DNA of 64,000 nt from an uncultured Acidimicrobiales bacterium (GCA_937922045.1 CAKZXA010000010.1:35325-99324), one strand, 5' to 3'; shown: positions 38,117 through 48,242, counted from the first letter of the stretch. The notes: generated by a model from the letters alone, not told the origin. Numbers and translations: made by a program.

Positions 38117-39182
38117 ACGACTCAGCGCGTTAGAAGACGAATTTCGGGAGCTTGAGGCTCGCCTCGCCGATCCCGAGATCGTCGCCGACAATAAGCGGTT
38201 CGTGGAGATGTCCCGTCGCTACTCGGCGCTGGGGGAAATCGTCTCGGTTGGTGCGAAGCTGCGCGAACGTCACGACGACGTGGCCACCATCAAGGAGTTG
38301 ATGGGAGAGGCCGAAGCCGATGAACGAGACGATCTGCGTTCGGAGTCATCGGCGGCCGAGATCGAGATCGAGAAGCTCGAGGAGCAGCTCCGAGTTTTGC
38401 TCGTTCCGAAAGACCCGAATGACGGTCGCAACGTGATCGTGGAGATCCGTGGTGCCGAGGGTGGTGAGGAGGCGAACCTCTTTGCCCGTGATCTGTTCGA
38501 GATGTTTAAGGCGTTCGCCGCGTCGAAGAGCTGGAAGTTCGAGATGATGAACTCCAGCGTCAGCGACATGGGTGGGTTCGACGAGGTTACCTTCATGCTG
38601 AAGGGTGATGAGGTCTGGACCCGAATGAAATTTGAGGCTGGGCCGCATCGCGTCCAGCGGGTTCCGGTCACCGAATCGCAGGGCCGGGTGCATACGTCAT
38701 CGGCTACTGTCACGGTTCTACCCGAGGCCGAGGAAGTCGACATCGCCATCGACATGAATGAGTTGCGTTTCGATACCTACCGTTCCTCGGGTGCCGGTGG
38801 TCAGCATGTCAACACCACCGACTCGGCTGTACGCGTCACCCACCTGCCAACCGGCCTTGTCGTGTCGATGCAGGACGAAAAGAGCCAGCTTCAGAACCGT
38901 GAACGTGCGCTCAAGGTGCTTCGGTCCCGCCTGCTACAACAGGAGCAGCAGCGTATCCAGGATGAGCAGTCGGCGGCACGGCGTGATCAGACCGGGGGCG
39001 GTGGCCGCTCCGAAAAGATCCGCACGTATAACTACAAGGAGAATCGGGTGACCGACCATCGTCTCAGCCTGACGATCCACAAGCTCGACCGTGTTCTGGG
39101 TGGCGAGCTCGACGAGATCAGCGATGCCCTCGTGCAGGATGAGCGGACCCGCCAGCTCCAGTCCGAGTCCGATTCCGAGTAG
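38109..39182 (+). CDS. prfA: Peptide chain release factor 1
   Basis: PVT anticodon motif (RVPVTES), GAGGQHVN, IRTYN. Confidence 0.97.
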   Translation: MLERLSALEDEFRELEARLADPEIVADNKRFVEMSRRYSALGEIVSVGAKLRERHDDVATIKELMGEAEADERDDLRSESSAAEIEIEKLEEQLRVLLVPKDPNDGRNVIVEIRGAEGGEEANLFARDLFEMFKAFAASKSWKFEMMNSSVSDMGGFDEVTFMLKGDEVWTRMKFEAGPHRVQRVPVTESQGRVHTSSATVTVLPEAEEVDIAIDMNELRFDTYRSSGAGGQHVNTTDSAVRVTHLPTGLVVSMQDEKSQLQNRERALKVLRSRLLQQEQQRIQDEQSAARRDQTGGGGRSEKIRTYNYKENRVTDHRLSLTIHKLDRVLGGELDEISDALVQDERTRQLQSESDSE

Positions 39183-39198
39183 TACAGATCAGCGTTCC

Positions 39199-40092
39199 AT
39201 GGTTGTTTGGCAGAACGTTGTGACCGAGGCGGTGACGCTGCTGGCTGAGGCTGGTGTAGCCGATCCGGACCTGAGCGCTACCTGCATCGGTCAACGAGCC
39301 ACCGGGGCTGAAGGCGCTGAGTGGCTTGAGGAGTTGCGAGCGCCGGTGAGCGAGCGTCACCTCGCTGCCTTTGATGCCATGGTTGAGCGCCGTCGAGGCG
39401 GTGAGCCACTGCAGTACGTCGTTGCCGGTTGGGGGTTTCGCTATCTCGACCTGTTCCTGGATGCAAGGGTTCTCATCCCGCGGCCTGAAACAGAGACCAT
39501 CGCTGGCGCTGCCATCGCTGAAGTGCGCCGCTTGGCGCTCGCCCGACCGGCTTCAGCCGAAGGGCCGGTGAGAGTCGCCGATCTGGGTACTGGCTCTGGT
39601 GCCATCGGCCTGTCGATCGCGGCCGAATGTGGGCCGGAGATCGATCGTTTGGATGTTTGGCTTACCGACGTGTCGGCCGATGCTTTGGCGGTGGCTCGCG
39701 CCAACCTTGCGGGTCTGGGTCGATCCGGCGGAAGTGTTCGCCTGGCTGAGGGGGATTGGTTCGATGCTCTTCCCGATGCGTTGCGCGCCGGCTTTAACGT
39801 GCTTGTCTCGAACCCGCCATATGTGGCTGACGATGATGAGATTGAACCCCAGGTGGCAGTGTGGGAACCGCCAACCGCTCTCTATGCCGACGACAGCGGC
39901 ACCGCTCATCTCCGCCACCTCGTCGAGACGGCCGCCGACTGGTTGGTGGACGATGGGGCGCTGATTCTGGAGATGGCGCCATCTCACGTGGACATGCTCG
40001 CAGCTATGGCAGGAGAGCGGTTCGCCGAGGTCGACATACTCGTGGACCTGGCTGATCGGCAGCGAGGCATCACCGCCCGCGATCCGGGGTGA
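39199..40092 (+). CDS. prmC: Release factor glutamine methyltransferase
   Basis: EPLQY, VLIPRPETE, DLGTGSGAI, SNPPY. Confidence 0.95.
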   Translation: MVVWQNVVTEAVTLLAEAGVADPDLSATCIGQRATGAEGAEWLEELRAPVSERHLAAFDAMVERRRGGEPLQYVVAGWGFRYLDLFLDARVLIPRPETETIAGAAIAEVRRLALARPASAEGPVRVADLGTGSGAIGLSIAAECGPEIDRLDVWLTDVSADALAVARANLAGLGRSGGSVRLAEGDWFDALPDALRAGFNVLVSNPPYVADDDEIEPQVAVWEPPTALYADDSGTAHLRHLVETAADWLVDDGALILEMAPSHVDMLAAMAGERFAEVDILVDLADRQRGITARDPG

Positions 40093-40155
40093 GCATCATG
40101 GGGCGTCAGTACAAACGCTGCGTTCGACCGGCTGCCCTACGTCTGAGGCCGGTCT

Positions 40156-40731
40156 CTAGTCGAGGCCGTCTTTCAGCCGTCGGATGCCAGCACGCGTAGC
40201 CTCGACCGGATCAAAGTCCTCCGGGTCGAGTGCCCACATCAACAACATGGCTTGGAGCACGCCACCAACGGCCGAAGCGACGGTCATCGCTTCCATCTCA
40301 CGGCCGGGGCCCAACCGTTCGAGAAAGTTCGCGGCGACATTGAGTTCGGTGTCGTAGATGATGTGCAGAACCTGGGGGAAGATCTCAGGCGCTTCGGTTA
40401 GGACCATCCACTCGGAACGCCGACCGACCCCGGGCACAAGCTCGAGCATGTCGTCTTCTTCGGCCAGCGCTATGCAGACCTCTAGGGGTGACTCGGTCAT
40501 CGGCCGATCCAGCACCCGCTGCTTCAGAAGCTCGCACCTTCGCCGAAACGGGGCGAGCGCCATTTCTTCCTTGGTGCTGAAGTAGCGAAAGAGAGTGCTT
40601 TCAGACACGCCAGCTCGTTCGGCGATATCGACCGTTCGCGAAGCCCCATAGCCCCACTCCTCGAACATCTCGAAAGCAGCGAGTTCAAGGTCGCGCCTCG
40701 TCTGCTCCTTCTTTTGTTCCCGAAGTCCCAT
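40156..40731 (-). CDS. TetR/AcrR family transcriptional regulator
   Basis: MGLREQKKEQTR...DIAERAGVSESTLFRYFSTKE. Confidence 0.92.
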   Translation of the reverse strand: MGLREQKKEQTRRDLELAAFEMFEEWGYGASRTVDIAERAGVSESTLFRYFSTKEEMALAPFRRRCELLKQRVLDRPMTESPLEVCIALAEEDDMLELVPGVGRRSEWMVLTEAPEIFPQVLHIIYDTELNVAANFLERLGPGREMEAMTVASAVGGVLQAMLLMWALDPEDFDPVEATRAGIRRLKDGLD

Positions 40732-41026
40732 TGCAGACAGGAGGGTAGCCGTCGATGCGAGGATGCCTCAGATTCTTGAGCAAACTTGACGGATTATTGT
40801 GGGAGCGACTCGCACATTTGGTACAGTCTGGTTACTCCAAATCGTCTTTGTTGACGGATGGCAGTGGCTGGCGGTTCTGGCGGTTCTGGCGGATCGTAGA
40901 GGTGTTTTCTTCTTGGTGCGCCACGGATCTGAAGCCGTGGCCTGCCATCTCAACACACAGCTCGAACGGTTTGCTCGGATGTCTTCGAGCATCTCCGCCG
41001 ATCAAACCTTCGGGTTCGATCGGTCT

Positions 41027-41078
41027 TCGTACTGGCACCCTCGACCGGGACCGGCACCGATCTCGGGTGCCAGTGCGA
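41027..41078. repeat. Long imperfect inverted repeat (REP-like or terminator-like)
   Basis: TCGTACTGGCACCC (41027-40) pairs with GGGTGCCAGTGCGA (41065-78), one G-U. Confidence 0.7.
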
Positions 41079-41162
41079 GCCTTTCCTTGACGGTGCGTCA
41101 TGCGGTGGTATCGATCGGAGACCACTCGCAGCTGTGATCGCCAACTGCTAGCGTTGTGGCCA

Positions 41163-41597
41163 ATGTTTAATCGGCACGACAAACTCGATGTGGGATGGCT
41201 AGCTCAGGTCGGTTTCTTCGCCGGATTTACGCCGGCTGAACTCGAAGCTGTGGCTGACCTTGGTCAGCGTTGCGACGTCTCAGCTGGAACGATCCTGTTG
41301 GACCAGGGCGACTATGGATCTCGTTGCTATGTGCTGGTGAGCGGAACCGCAACCGTCTCCATCCGCGGTGAGTTTGTTACCTCCGTTGGCCCGGGAACGA
41401 TGGTTGGCGAAATGGCGCTTATCGAGCATCGTCCGCGGAACGCAACCGTGATCGCCGAAACCGACATGGCGCTCGTGTCGTACGATACGGCGGAGTTCCG
41501 GAAGCTTCTGGATGCGAGCCCAACCGCGGCCGAGAGGGTCAACGCTCTTCTCGCCGCCCGCTTGGCTGTCAACGCCAGTCGCGACGGCGCCACCTAG
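41163..41597 (+). CDS. Stand-alone cyclic-nucleotide-binding domain protein
   Basis: QGD.G...Y.LVSG, GPG..VGEMALI..RPRNATV. Confidence 0.9.
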   Translation: MFNRHDKLDVGWLAQVGFFAGFTPAELEAVADLGQRCDVSAGTILLDQGDYGSRCYVLVSGTATVSIRGEFVTSVGPGTMVGEMALIEHRPRNATVIAETDMALVSYDTAEFRKLLDASPTAAERVNALLAARLAVNASRDGAT

Positions 41598-41642
41598 TGG
41601 CGCGGGCCAGCCTCCCGGCGGCTCGACCTGTACGCTGGTGCC

Positions 41643-42089
41643 ATGCGAATCGCCGTCGGTTCCGATCATGCTGGCTTCCAGCTGAAATCAACCATTTCCG
41701 CTCACTTGAGTGAAGCCGGTCACGAGGTTGTTGATCTCGGGACCTCCACTACTGAGTCTGTCGACTACCCCGACTATGGGCGAGCGGTGGGCGAAGCGGT
41801 AGCTGGCGGCGGGGTCGATACCGGAATCGCGATCTGCGGATCGGGTATCGGTATCTGTATGGCCGCCAACAAGGTCAAGGGGGTCAGAGCTGCAACGGTC
41901 CACGACGTGACCTCGGCTCGATTGACCCGGCTGCACAACGACGCGAACGTCTTGTGTCTTGGCGAACGGTTTCTTGGTGTTCAGGTTGCGCTCGACGCCG
42001 TTGACACGTTCTTGGCAACGCCATTCGAGGGGGGACGTCATGCGCGTCGAGTTGGCAAAATCGAACAGTTGGGGCCCGTAACCGGCTAG
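41643..42089 (+). CDS. rpiB: Ribose-5-phosphate isomerase B
   Basis: GSDHAG, VDYPDY, CGSGIG, HNDANVL, FEGGRH. Confidence 0.96.
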   Translation: MRIAVGSDHAGFQLKSTISAHLSEAGHEVVDLGTSTTESVDYPDYGRAVGEAVAGGGVDTGIAICGSGIGICMAANKVKGVRAATVHDVTSARLTRLHNDANVLCLGERFLGVQVALDAVDTFLATPFEGGRHARRVGKIEQLGPVTG

Positions 42090-42154
42090 CAACGGCAATC
42101 CGGTTACGCTGTCGACAGCAGTCGATCTACCGTAGAGTTCTTAGGAGCTAAAGA

Positions 42155-43402
42155 ATGCCATGGCCAACCCTTCCGGACGATGACATCGTGCGGCTCACCG
42201 AAGCTGAGGTGATCCGTCAGAACACGGCGCTGCAGCTTATCGCTTCGGAAAACTTCGCCTCGCCGGCGGTGATGCGGGCAACGGGCTCGGTCTTCACCAA
42301 CAAGTACTCCGAGGGTTACCCAGGCCGCCGCTACTATGGCGGCAATCAGGTCGTCGACGAGGTCGAGGAGCTAGCCCGTACGCGGGTTTGCGCCCTGTTC
42401 GGTGCCGATCATGCCAACGTGCAACCCCATGCTGGCGCCAATGCCAACATGGCGGTTTATCAGGCTCTTTTGGAGCCCGGTGACACGGTCCTAGGTCTCA
42501 GCCTCGATCACGGTGGCCACCTGACCCACGGTTCTCCCGTGAACTCGTCGGGTTTGATGTACAACTTCATCGGCTACCGCGTTTCGGAAAGCGATGAGCG
42601 GCTTGAGATGGATGCGGTGGCTGAGCTTGCCGCCAAACACCGCCCCAAACTGATCGTCGCTGGCGCAACCGCCTATCCTCGCACCATCGAGCCGGAGCCT
42701 TTCCGCAAGGTGGCCGACGAGGTCGGGGCTCTCCTGATGTTCGATGCAGCCCACATTGCTGGCTTGATCGCCGGCGGCGTGCATCCCAATCCGGTGCCGT
42801 TCTGTGACGTCGTTACCTTCACCACCCACAAGACGTTGCGCGGTCCTCGTGGCGGTTGCATCTTGAGCACATCTGAGCACGCCGCCGCGATAGACAAGGC
42901 GGTGTTTCCCGGCCAGCAGGGTGGGCCACAAGAGCATTCGATAGCGGCCAAGGCTGTTGCTTTCGCCGAGGCGTCGACCGAAGAGTTCAAGGTCTATTCA
43001 GCGCAGATCGTGGCCAACGCATCGGCGCTAGCCGAGGCTCTCGCCGGCGAGGGGTTCCGCCTGGTCTCAGGCGGCACCGACAATCATCTCATGCTGGTCG
43101 ATTTGCGCAGCTTTGACGAAGAGCTGACCGGCAAGGAAGCCCAGATCGTGCTCGATGAAGCGGGCATCACACTCAATCGAAACTCCATCCCTGACGATCC
43201 GCGGTCGCCGTTTGTGACCTCCGGGTTGCGTATCGGCACGCCAGCGGTGACGACCCAGGGTATGAAAGAGCCAGAGATGGCGGAGATCGCCCGTCTGATG
43301 GCGGCTACCCTTCGACAGCGCACCGATGCTGCCGCTGTCGCTTCCCTGCGGGAGGAAGTTCGCAACCTTTGCGAGCCATTCGCTCCGTATCCGGAAATGT
43401 AG
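42155..43402 (+). CDS. glyA: Serine hydroxymethyltransferase
   Basis: [39 protein letters not shown]. Confidence 0.97.
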   Translation: MPWPTLPDDDIVRLTEAEVIRQNTALQLIASENFASPAVMRATGSVFTNKYSEGYPGRRYYGGNQVVDEVEELARTRVCALFGADHANVQPHAGANANMAVYQALLEPGDTVLGLSLDHGGHLTHGSPVNSSGLMYNFIGYRVSESDERLEMDAVAELAAKHRPKLIVAGATAYPRTIEPEPFRKVADEVGALLMFDAAHIAGLIAGGVHPNPVPFCDVVTFTTHKTLRGPRGGCILSTSEHAAAIDKAVFPGQQGGPQEHSIAAKAVAFAEASTEEFKVYSAQIVANASALAEALAGEGFRLVSGGTDNHLMLVDLRSFDEELTGKEAQIVLDEAGITLNRNSIPDDPRSPFVTSGLRIGTPAVTTQGMKEPEMAEIARLMAATLRQRTDAAAVASLREEVRNLCEPFAPYPEM

Positions 43403-43410
43403 GTAGATCG

Positions 43411-44865
43411 ATGGCGGGCACAGCGGCGGCTGCGACTTCAAAACATTCGACTCTGATCGTCGGACTCGTTGGTGTGCTTTTCGGGGTATTGGTTCTGGCC
43501 GTGCTTTACGCGTCGCCAGCCGCGGCCCATACCGATCTCGCCTCTACCGACCCGCCAGACCGCGCCCAAATCGCTGACCCGGTAGCGTCGGTCACGCTCA
43601 CCTTTACCGGTGAGGTGACCATGCACGACCCTGGTGTCGAGGTTTTGTCGCCCAATGGTGTTGTTGTCACTCCCACCCGGATTGAAAAAGGCAGTGCTGG
43701 CGTTTTCGTGGCCTTCTTTGAACCGCCGTTGGACGACGGAACCTTCGGACTCCGCTGGTCGGTTTCAGCGGCCGACGCCCACCTCATCTCGGGAGGCCTG
43801 TCGTTCTCCGTTGAAGGTGCCAACGCTGAAGCCTCCGACGCTGTCGATGGCGAGACCGGTGATGGCGACGACGATGAGGCTTCATCTACCGTGACGTCGA
43901 GTCCGTCTTCGACCACGACCACGACCACGACCACGCCGGTGTCGTCTACAACGACCGAAGCGGAGCCGGATCGACAAGATGAGGACGATCAGGTCGAGGT
44001 GGCTGCTCCTGCCGCCATGCTCGACTTTTACAATGAGGCTCTTCCTCGATGGACGCGCGCTGTCCGTCAGGCTGGTCGAACCGCAGGCACACTTGGGTCG
44101 CTGGTCGCTGTCGGTGCACTGATCTTCTCCGCTCGAGTCCTTCGGGACGATCGGCTCGCAACGGAGCGTCCTGCGGTCAGAGATATGGCAGCGGTCGCTG
44201 GCGCTGTCGCCTCCATCGGTGCGGTCGGGGAGGTCGTGGCGCTATCCGAGGCCTTGAGCATCATGGACCTGGCTGGGGTACAGCTCGGCCTAGCCTTGGC
44301 GCTGCGCTTTGCCGGCGGCGCTCTATGCTCGACCAGCGGACGTTGGTTGGGCGCCCTCCTCCTCGTCGCCTCTTGGGGCGTCGATGGACACAGCGCAACG
44401 ATTGAGCCTCGGATCCAGATGGTTGGTGCATCGATAGTCCACGGGCTCGTCGCCGCCGTATGGGTCGGGGGGATTGTGGCCTTGGTGCAGGTGTGTCGTC
44501 GGCGCCGGTCGCTGCTTGGCGTCGTTGGTGCTCGTTTCTCCGGGATCGCCGCCGCCAGCCTTGCGGTAGCTGCGCTTTCGGGTTCCGGCTTGGCCATCCT
44601 GATTACCGCCGAGCAAGAAGAGAGCTTTTGGGAGACGCTGACCACCACCCCGTGGGGTCTGATCTTGCTAGGCAAGCTCGTGGTGGTTCTGGCCGCTGTC
44701 TGTATCGGCGCCTACAACCGCTGGATCTTGATCCGCAACCTCACGATCGATGCCTCGATGGCCTCGTCGAGGCATTTCGCGAAAGTGGTGAGCATCGAGG
44801 CCGCCGTACTGCTGGTCGTTGCAACTATCACATCATTCCTCATCGTGGCTTCGCCGTTGGGCTAG
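43411..44865 (+). CDS. CopC-CopD fusion copper transport protein
   Basis: Signal peptide ending AAAH; CopC WSVSAADAH; Thr-rich linker; CopD GH...H....WVGG, WG.IL..KL. Confidence 0.85.
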   Translation: MAGTAAAATSKHSTLIVGLVGVLFGVLVLAVLYASPAAAHTDLASTDPPDRAQIADPVASVTLTFTGEVTMHDPGVEVLSPNGVVVTPTRIEKGSAGVFVAFFEPPLDDGTFGLRWSVSAADAHLISGGLSFSVEGANAEASDAVDGETGDGDDDEASSTVTSSPSSTTTTTTTTPVSSTTTEAEPDRQDEDDQVEVAAPAAMLDFYNEALPRWTRAVRQAGRTAGTLGSLVAVGALIFSARVLRDDRLATERPAVRDMAAVAGAVASIGAVGEVVALSEALSIMDLAGVQLGLALALRFAGGALCSTSGRWLGALLLVASWGVDGHSATIEPRIQMVGASIVHGLVAAVWVGGIVALVQVCRRRRSLLGVVGARFSGIAAASLAVAALSGSGLAILITAEQEESFWETLTTTPWGLILLGKLVVVLAAVCIGAYNRWILIRNLTIDASMASSRHFAKVVSIEAAVLLVVATITSFLIVASPLG

Positions 44866-45104
44866 TTCTGCCCCTCGTCGGTCGGTGAGCCATACGTGGC
44901 GGGGTACAAGGGGGAACAGGGGAACGTTTGAAAGGCGGCGTCGGTTTGCGGCCTGCACCGCGGCCAGGACTGCCGTCGGTCGCTGTACCCAGTTCGATGG
45001 TCCCGAGGTCATCTTTGACGACGGGGATCATGTGGTCGTTCTCTTCACGAATGCGACTTAGGGGCTGCGGGACGGCGTCGAACATGCTACGTTGACGGCG
45101 GCCC

Positions 45105-46217
45105 ATGAGACCCGCCCTCTCGTCGTACTTGGTCGTCGCTGCGGTCACCGCCGTCGTGACGCTGGCACTTATCCCTCTCGTTCGCCTCATCGCTCATGCG
45201 ACAGGCTTGTTGGCTGAACCAGATGCACGTCGGTTTCATGCGAAGCCAACCCCGATTCTTGGCGGCGCGGCCATGTATGTCGGCTTTGTTGCCGGTCTCG
45301 CCACCGCCTGGCGGTCGGGCTGGTTTGCGCCTTCGTTTGACGGATCGACCGAGCCGGTCGCTGTTCTGGCCTGCGCCACCGTCGCCTGCCTCGTCGGACT
45401 CGTCGATGATGTGCTCGATATCTCAGCTCCGGCGAAGACAGCCGGTGTATCGCTGGCCGCCGTTCTTCTCGCCCTCGGCGGCGTCAGTATCATCTGGTTT
45501 CGGATCCCCTTCCTCGACGTTTTTGTCCTTCCCGCCGACCTGACCTTGCTGTTGTCGGTCGTGTGGGTTTTGGGTATGGCCAACGCCGTCAACTTCATCG
45601 ATGGGCTGGATGGTCTGGCTGGCGGCATCGTGGGTATCGGCGCATTGGCCTTCATGCTCTATGGGGTGCGCATGGGACAGGTCGAGCTGCTCTTCCCAAG
45701 CAATATCGGCCCACTGATAGCGGCCCTGGTCGTTGGCATGTGTTTGGGCTTCTTGCCGTGGAACGTCTTTCCGGCCCAGATCTTCATGGGCGACAGTGGT
45801 TCGTTGCTCCTCGGGAGCTTGATGGCAGCATCGACGATGGCGGTCGGCGGGCGAACCCCCGATCCGTTCAGTGGTCAAACGTTTTTCTTCTATGCGCCCC
45901 TCGCTATCCCCCTGCTGATCCTGGGGGTTCCTGTGCTCGACACGGCCTTCGCCATCGTCCGCCGTGCGACGCATCGCCAAGGTCTTGCGACAGCGGACAA
46001 AGACCATCTCCACCACCGACTGGTGCGGCTGGGCCATGGCCATCGGCGTAGCGTCGGGATTCTTTGGGCCTGGACAGCCTTGTTGTCAGCCTTCGTGCTT
46101 TACCCCACCTACAATGAGGGCCAAGGTGACGGTGTGGTGCCCATTGGGGTCGGCATGCTGGCCCTGTTGTTGTACACCCTGTTCCATCCGGGCATCCGTA
46201 TAGGACAGGTCCGGTAA
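45105..46217 (+). CDS. wecA: MraY-family polyprenyl-phosphate GlcNAc-1-P transferase (WecA/TagO)
   Basis: GLVDD, NAVNFIDGLDGLA, IFMGDSG, DKDHLHHRL; canonical position before atp. Confidence 0.88.
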   Translation: MRPALSSYLVVAAVTAVVTLALIPLVRLIAHATGLLAEPDARRFHAKPTPILGGAAMYVGFVAGLATAWRSGWFAPSFDGSTEPVAVLACATVACLVGLVDDVLDISAPAKTAGVSLAAVLLALGGVSIIWFRIPFLDVFVLPADLTLLLSVVWVLGMANAVNFIDGLDGLAGGIVGIGALAFMLYGVRMGQVELLFPSNIGPLIAALVVGMCLGFLPWNVFPAQIFMGDSGSLLLGSLMAASTMAVGGRTPDPFSGQTFFFYAPLAIPLLILGVPVLDTAFAIVRRATHRQGLATADKDHLHHRLVRLGHGHRRSVGILWAWTALLSAFVLYPTYNEGQGDGVVPIGVGMLALLLYTLFHPGIRIGQVR

Positions 46218-46297
46218 CGATCTAAGCGCCCCATGGCAGGGTTGGTGGCAGCCGTCGAGGTTGCGGTCAGAGCCCAGCAGGGAGCGAGGAGAGACTC

Positions 46298-46594
46298 GTG
46301 GACGGATCGCAAAGCCCAAACGGTACGAACGGTCAAGCGGTAGACGCTGGGCCCGATTCGATGACTCGAGATATGGCTCAAGGTGTGAGCGGGTATGAAC
46401 TTGTCTTGTCCGGTGTCGTCTTTGCTCTGGCTGGCGTCTGGATCGACAAGAAACTCGAAACCACCCCCCTCTTTATCCTGGTCCTCTCGGTTCTCGGCTT
46501 TGGCGGTTCGGCCTTGAATATCTACTACCGCTACAACCGTGAGATGCGTGAACACGAAGCCGAAGCCGCGGCTCGCCGAAAGGGTCCAGCATGA
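46298..46594 (+). CDS. AtpZ/AtpI family small membrane protein
   Basis: Two TM with G.WID..L.T.P.F motif; position before the atp genes. Confidence 0.8.
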   Translation: MDGSQSPNGTNGQAVDAGPDSMTRDMAQGVSGYELVLSGVVFALAGVWIDKKLETTPLFILVLSVLGFGGSALNIYYRYNREMREHEAEAAARRKGPA

Positions 46595-46622
46595 GGGATA
46601 CGGCATGAGGGATACGGCATGA
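46591..46622 (+). repeat. 14-nt ATGA tandem units encoding MRDTA* x2 at the atpZ/atpI junction
   Basis: ATGAGGGATACGGC x2 then ATGA; ATG at 46591, 46605, 46619. Confidence 0.9.
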
Positions 46623-47152
46623 GGATCGAAGGCGACGCGCCCGAGGCCCAGATCGCCTGGGATATCGTTCGTCGAGGTCTGATGGTCGCGCCCTTTGCGG
46701 TTGGCCTGGTCTGGCTGGTTGCCGATCGGCCGAATGCACTGTCGGTCGGCTTCGGCATCGGTATCGTGCTGGCCAACCTTCTTTTGTCGGCTTACCTCTT
46801 GCGGTGGGCGGCTCGGATCTCGCTCGGGCTGGTGGCCTCGGTTTCGATCGGCGGCTACGTCATGCGGCTGGCACTGATCTTTCTCGCCGTGTGGTTTGTG
46901 AAAGACATGGCGTGGGTACGCATGCTGCCTCTCGGTCTTGCGATTATTGCCACTCACCTTGGGCTCCTCGTTTGGGAGTTGCGCTACGTTTCGGGCACCT
47001 ATGCTCACCCTGGCTTGAAACCGTCGACCCGACGACCGGCCGCCGGGTACCGGGGCCAGTGGCAGCAGGCGGTAAACGCCCGCCACGAAGATCAGAAGAA
47101 ACGCAACAAAATTGAACGAGTGAGTGGCGAGAAGGCCACGGAAGCGACGTAG
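46619..47152 (+). CDS. atpI: ATP synthase subunit I
   Basis: Four TM segments, position between the atpZ-like gene and atpB. Confidence 0.75.
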   Translation: MRIEGDAPEAQIAWDIVRRGLMVAPFAVGLVWLVADRPNALSVGFGIGIVLANLLLSAYLLRWAARISLGLVASVSIGGYVMRLALIFLAVWFVKDMAWVRMLPLGLAIIATHLGLLVWELRYVSGTYAHPGLKPSTRRPAAGYRGQWQQAVNARHEDQKKRNKIERVSGEKATEAT

Positions 47153-47489
47153 AAATCGGGATGATCACGATGAAAATGCATACAGAACAGATGTAGGCAG
47201 TCTTGATCTCACCGATGCTTACAGATGTCGTGTAGCGACCGATGGGGCAGATGGAGATCATCTCCATTTGGCCTTTGGTTGCTACGGAACCAAAACAAGA
47301 TGGAAATCGGTATGGCAGAAGGCCTTGATTCCGGAACAATCGACTAGGTTTTGCCCGCAGCGACATGTTGGACCAGAAGCTTGCCCAACGATCTTGCTGC
47401 CTGACTCGGTCGTAGCCCCAGTCTTCAAAGCATTTGCCTGAAGATCGCGCAACTACCACGAAGAACAACACAACAGGAGCCCTCAGGAC

Positions 47490-48242
47490 GTGTTCGGACT
47501 CGAGTACCCCCCAATTGACAACCTGGTCGTATGGCCCGATGCCTTGTTTGAAGGAACCATTCTTGGTTTCAACAAGATCGCGCTGATCAGCCTGCTGGCC
47601 ATGTTGATTCCGGCTGCCATCTTTTTCTTCTCCAAGAAGGACCTGGTACCTCGCGGCCTGCAGAACGTGGCCGAAGGCGCCGTCGAGCTTGTCGAGAAAG
47701 AGGTCATCCTCCCGGCTATCGGTCCTGACGGCCTTCGGTACCTGCCCCTGCTGCTGAGTGTCTTTCTCTTCGTCTTCTTCGGCAACATCTTCGAAGTCAT
47801 TCCTGTCTTCCAGATGCCAGCCAACGCCCGTATGGCCAACCCGATGTTCCTGGCCCTGATGGTGCTCGTCGTCTTCACCTTCATCGGCTTCAAATACAAC
47901 GGTGCGAAGTTCTTCACCGATATCGCCTGGCCTCCGGATGTTCCAGTCGGGCTCCGCCCCCTGGTCGGCTTCATCGAACTGCTCTCAACGTTCATCCTGC
48001 GCCCCTTCGGTCTGGCTGTCCGTCTCTTCGCCAACATGCTCGCCGGCCACATCTTGCTGGTCACCTTCGGCGTACTCTGTATCGCTGTCGCCTCGGGCTG
48101 GCTGTTCCCGCTCCTGGCCTTGACCTTCCCCATGCTGGTTCTGCTCACCGGATTCGAGATCTTCGTCTCGTTCTTGCAAGCCTTCGTGTTCGCCCTGCTA
48201 ACCGCCGTCTACATCGGCCTTTCTCTCCACCCGGCCCACTAG
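47490..48242 (+). CDS. atpB: ATP synthase F0 subunit a
   Basis: PRGLQN, RPFGLAVRLFANMLAGH, LQAFVF.LLT..Y. Confidence 0.96.
   Translation: MFGLEYPPIDNLVVWPDALFEGTILGFNKIALISLLAMLIPAAIFFFSKKDLVPRGLQNVAEGAVELVEKEVILPAIGPDGLRYLPLLLSVFLFVFFGNIFEVIPVFQMPANARMANPMFLALMVLVVFTFIGFKYNGAKFFTDIAWPPDVPVGLRPLVGFIELLSTFILRPFGLAVRLFANMLAGHILLVTFGVLCIAVASGWLFPLLALTFPMLVLLTGFEIFVSFLQAFVFALLTAVYIGLSLHPAH

Noticed and set aside
40755-41182. Several 64-116 aa ORFs in the TetR-cNMP gap
   Set aside because: Overlapping, no motifs or SD, atypical composition; treated as non-coding.
42090-42154. ZMP/ZTP or glycine riboswitch before glyA
   Set aside because: Only 65 nt and no recognisable aptamer consensus.
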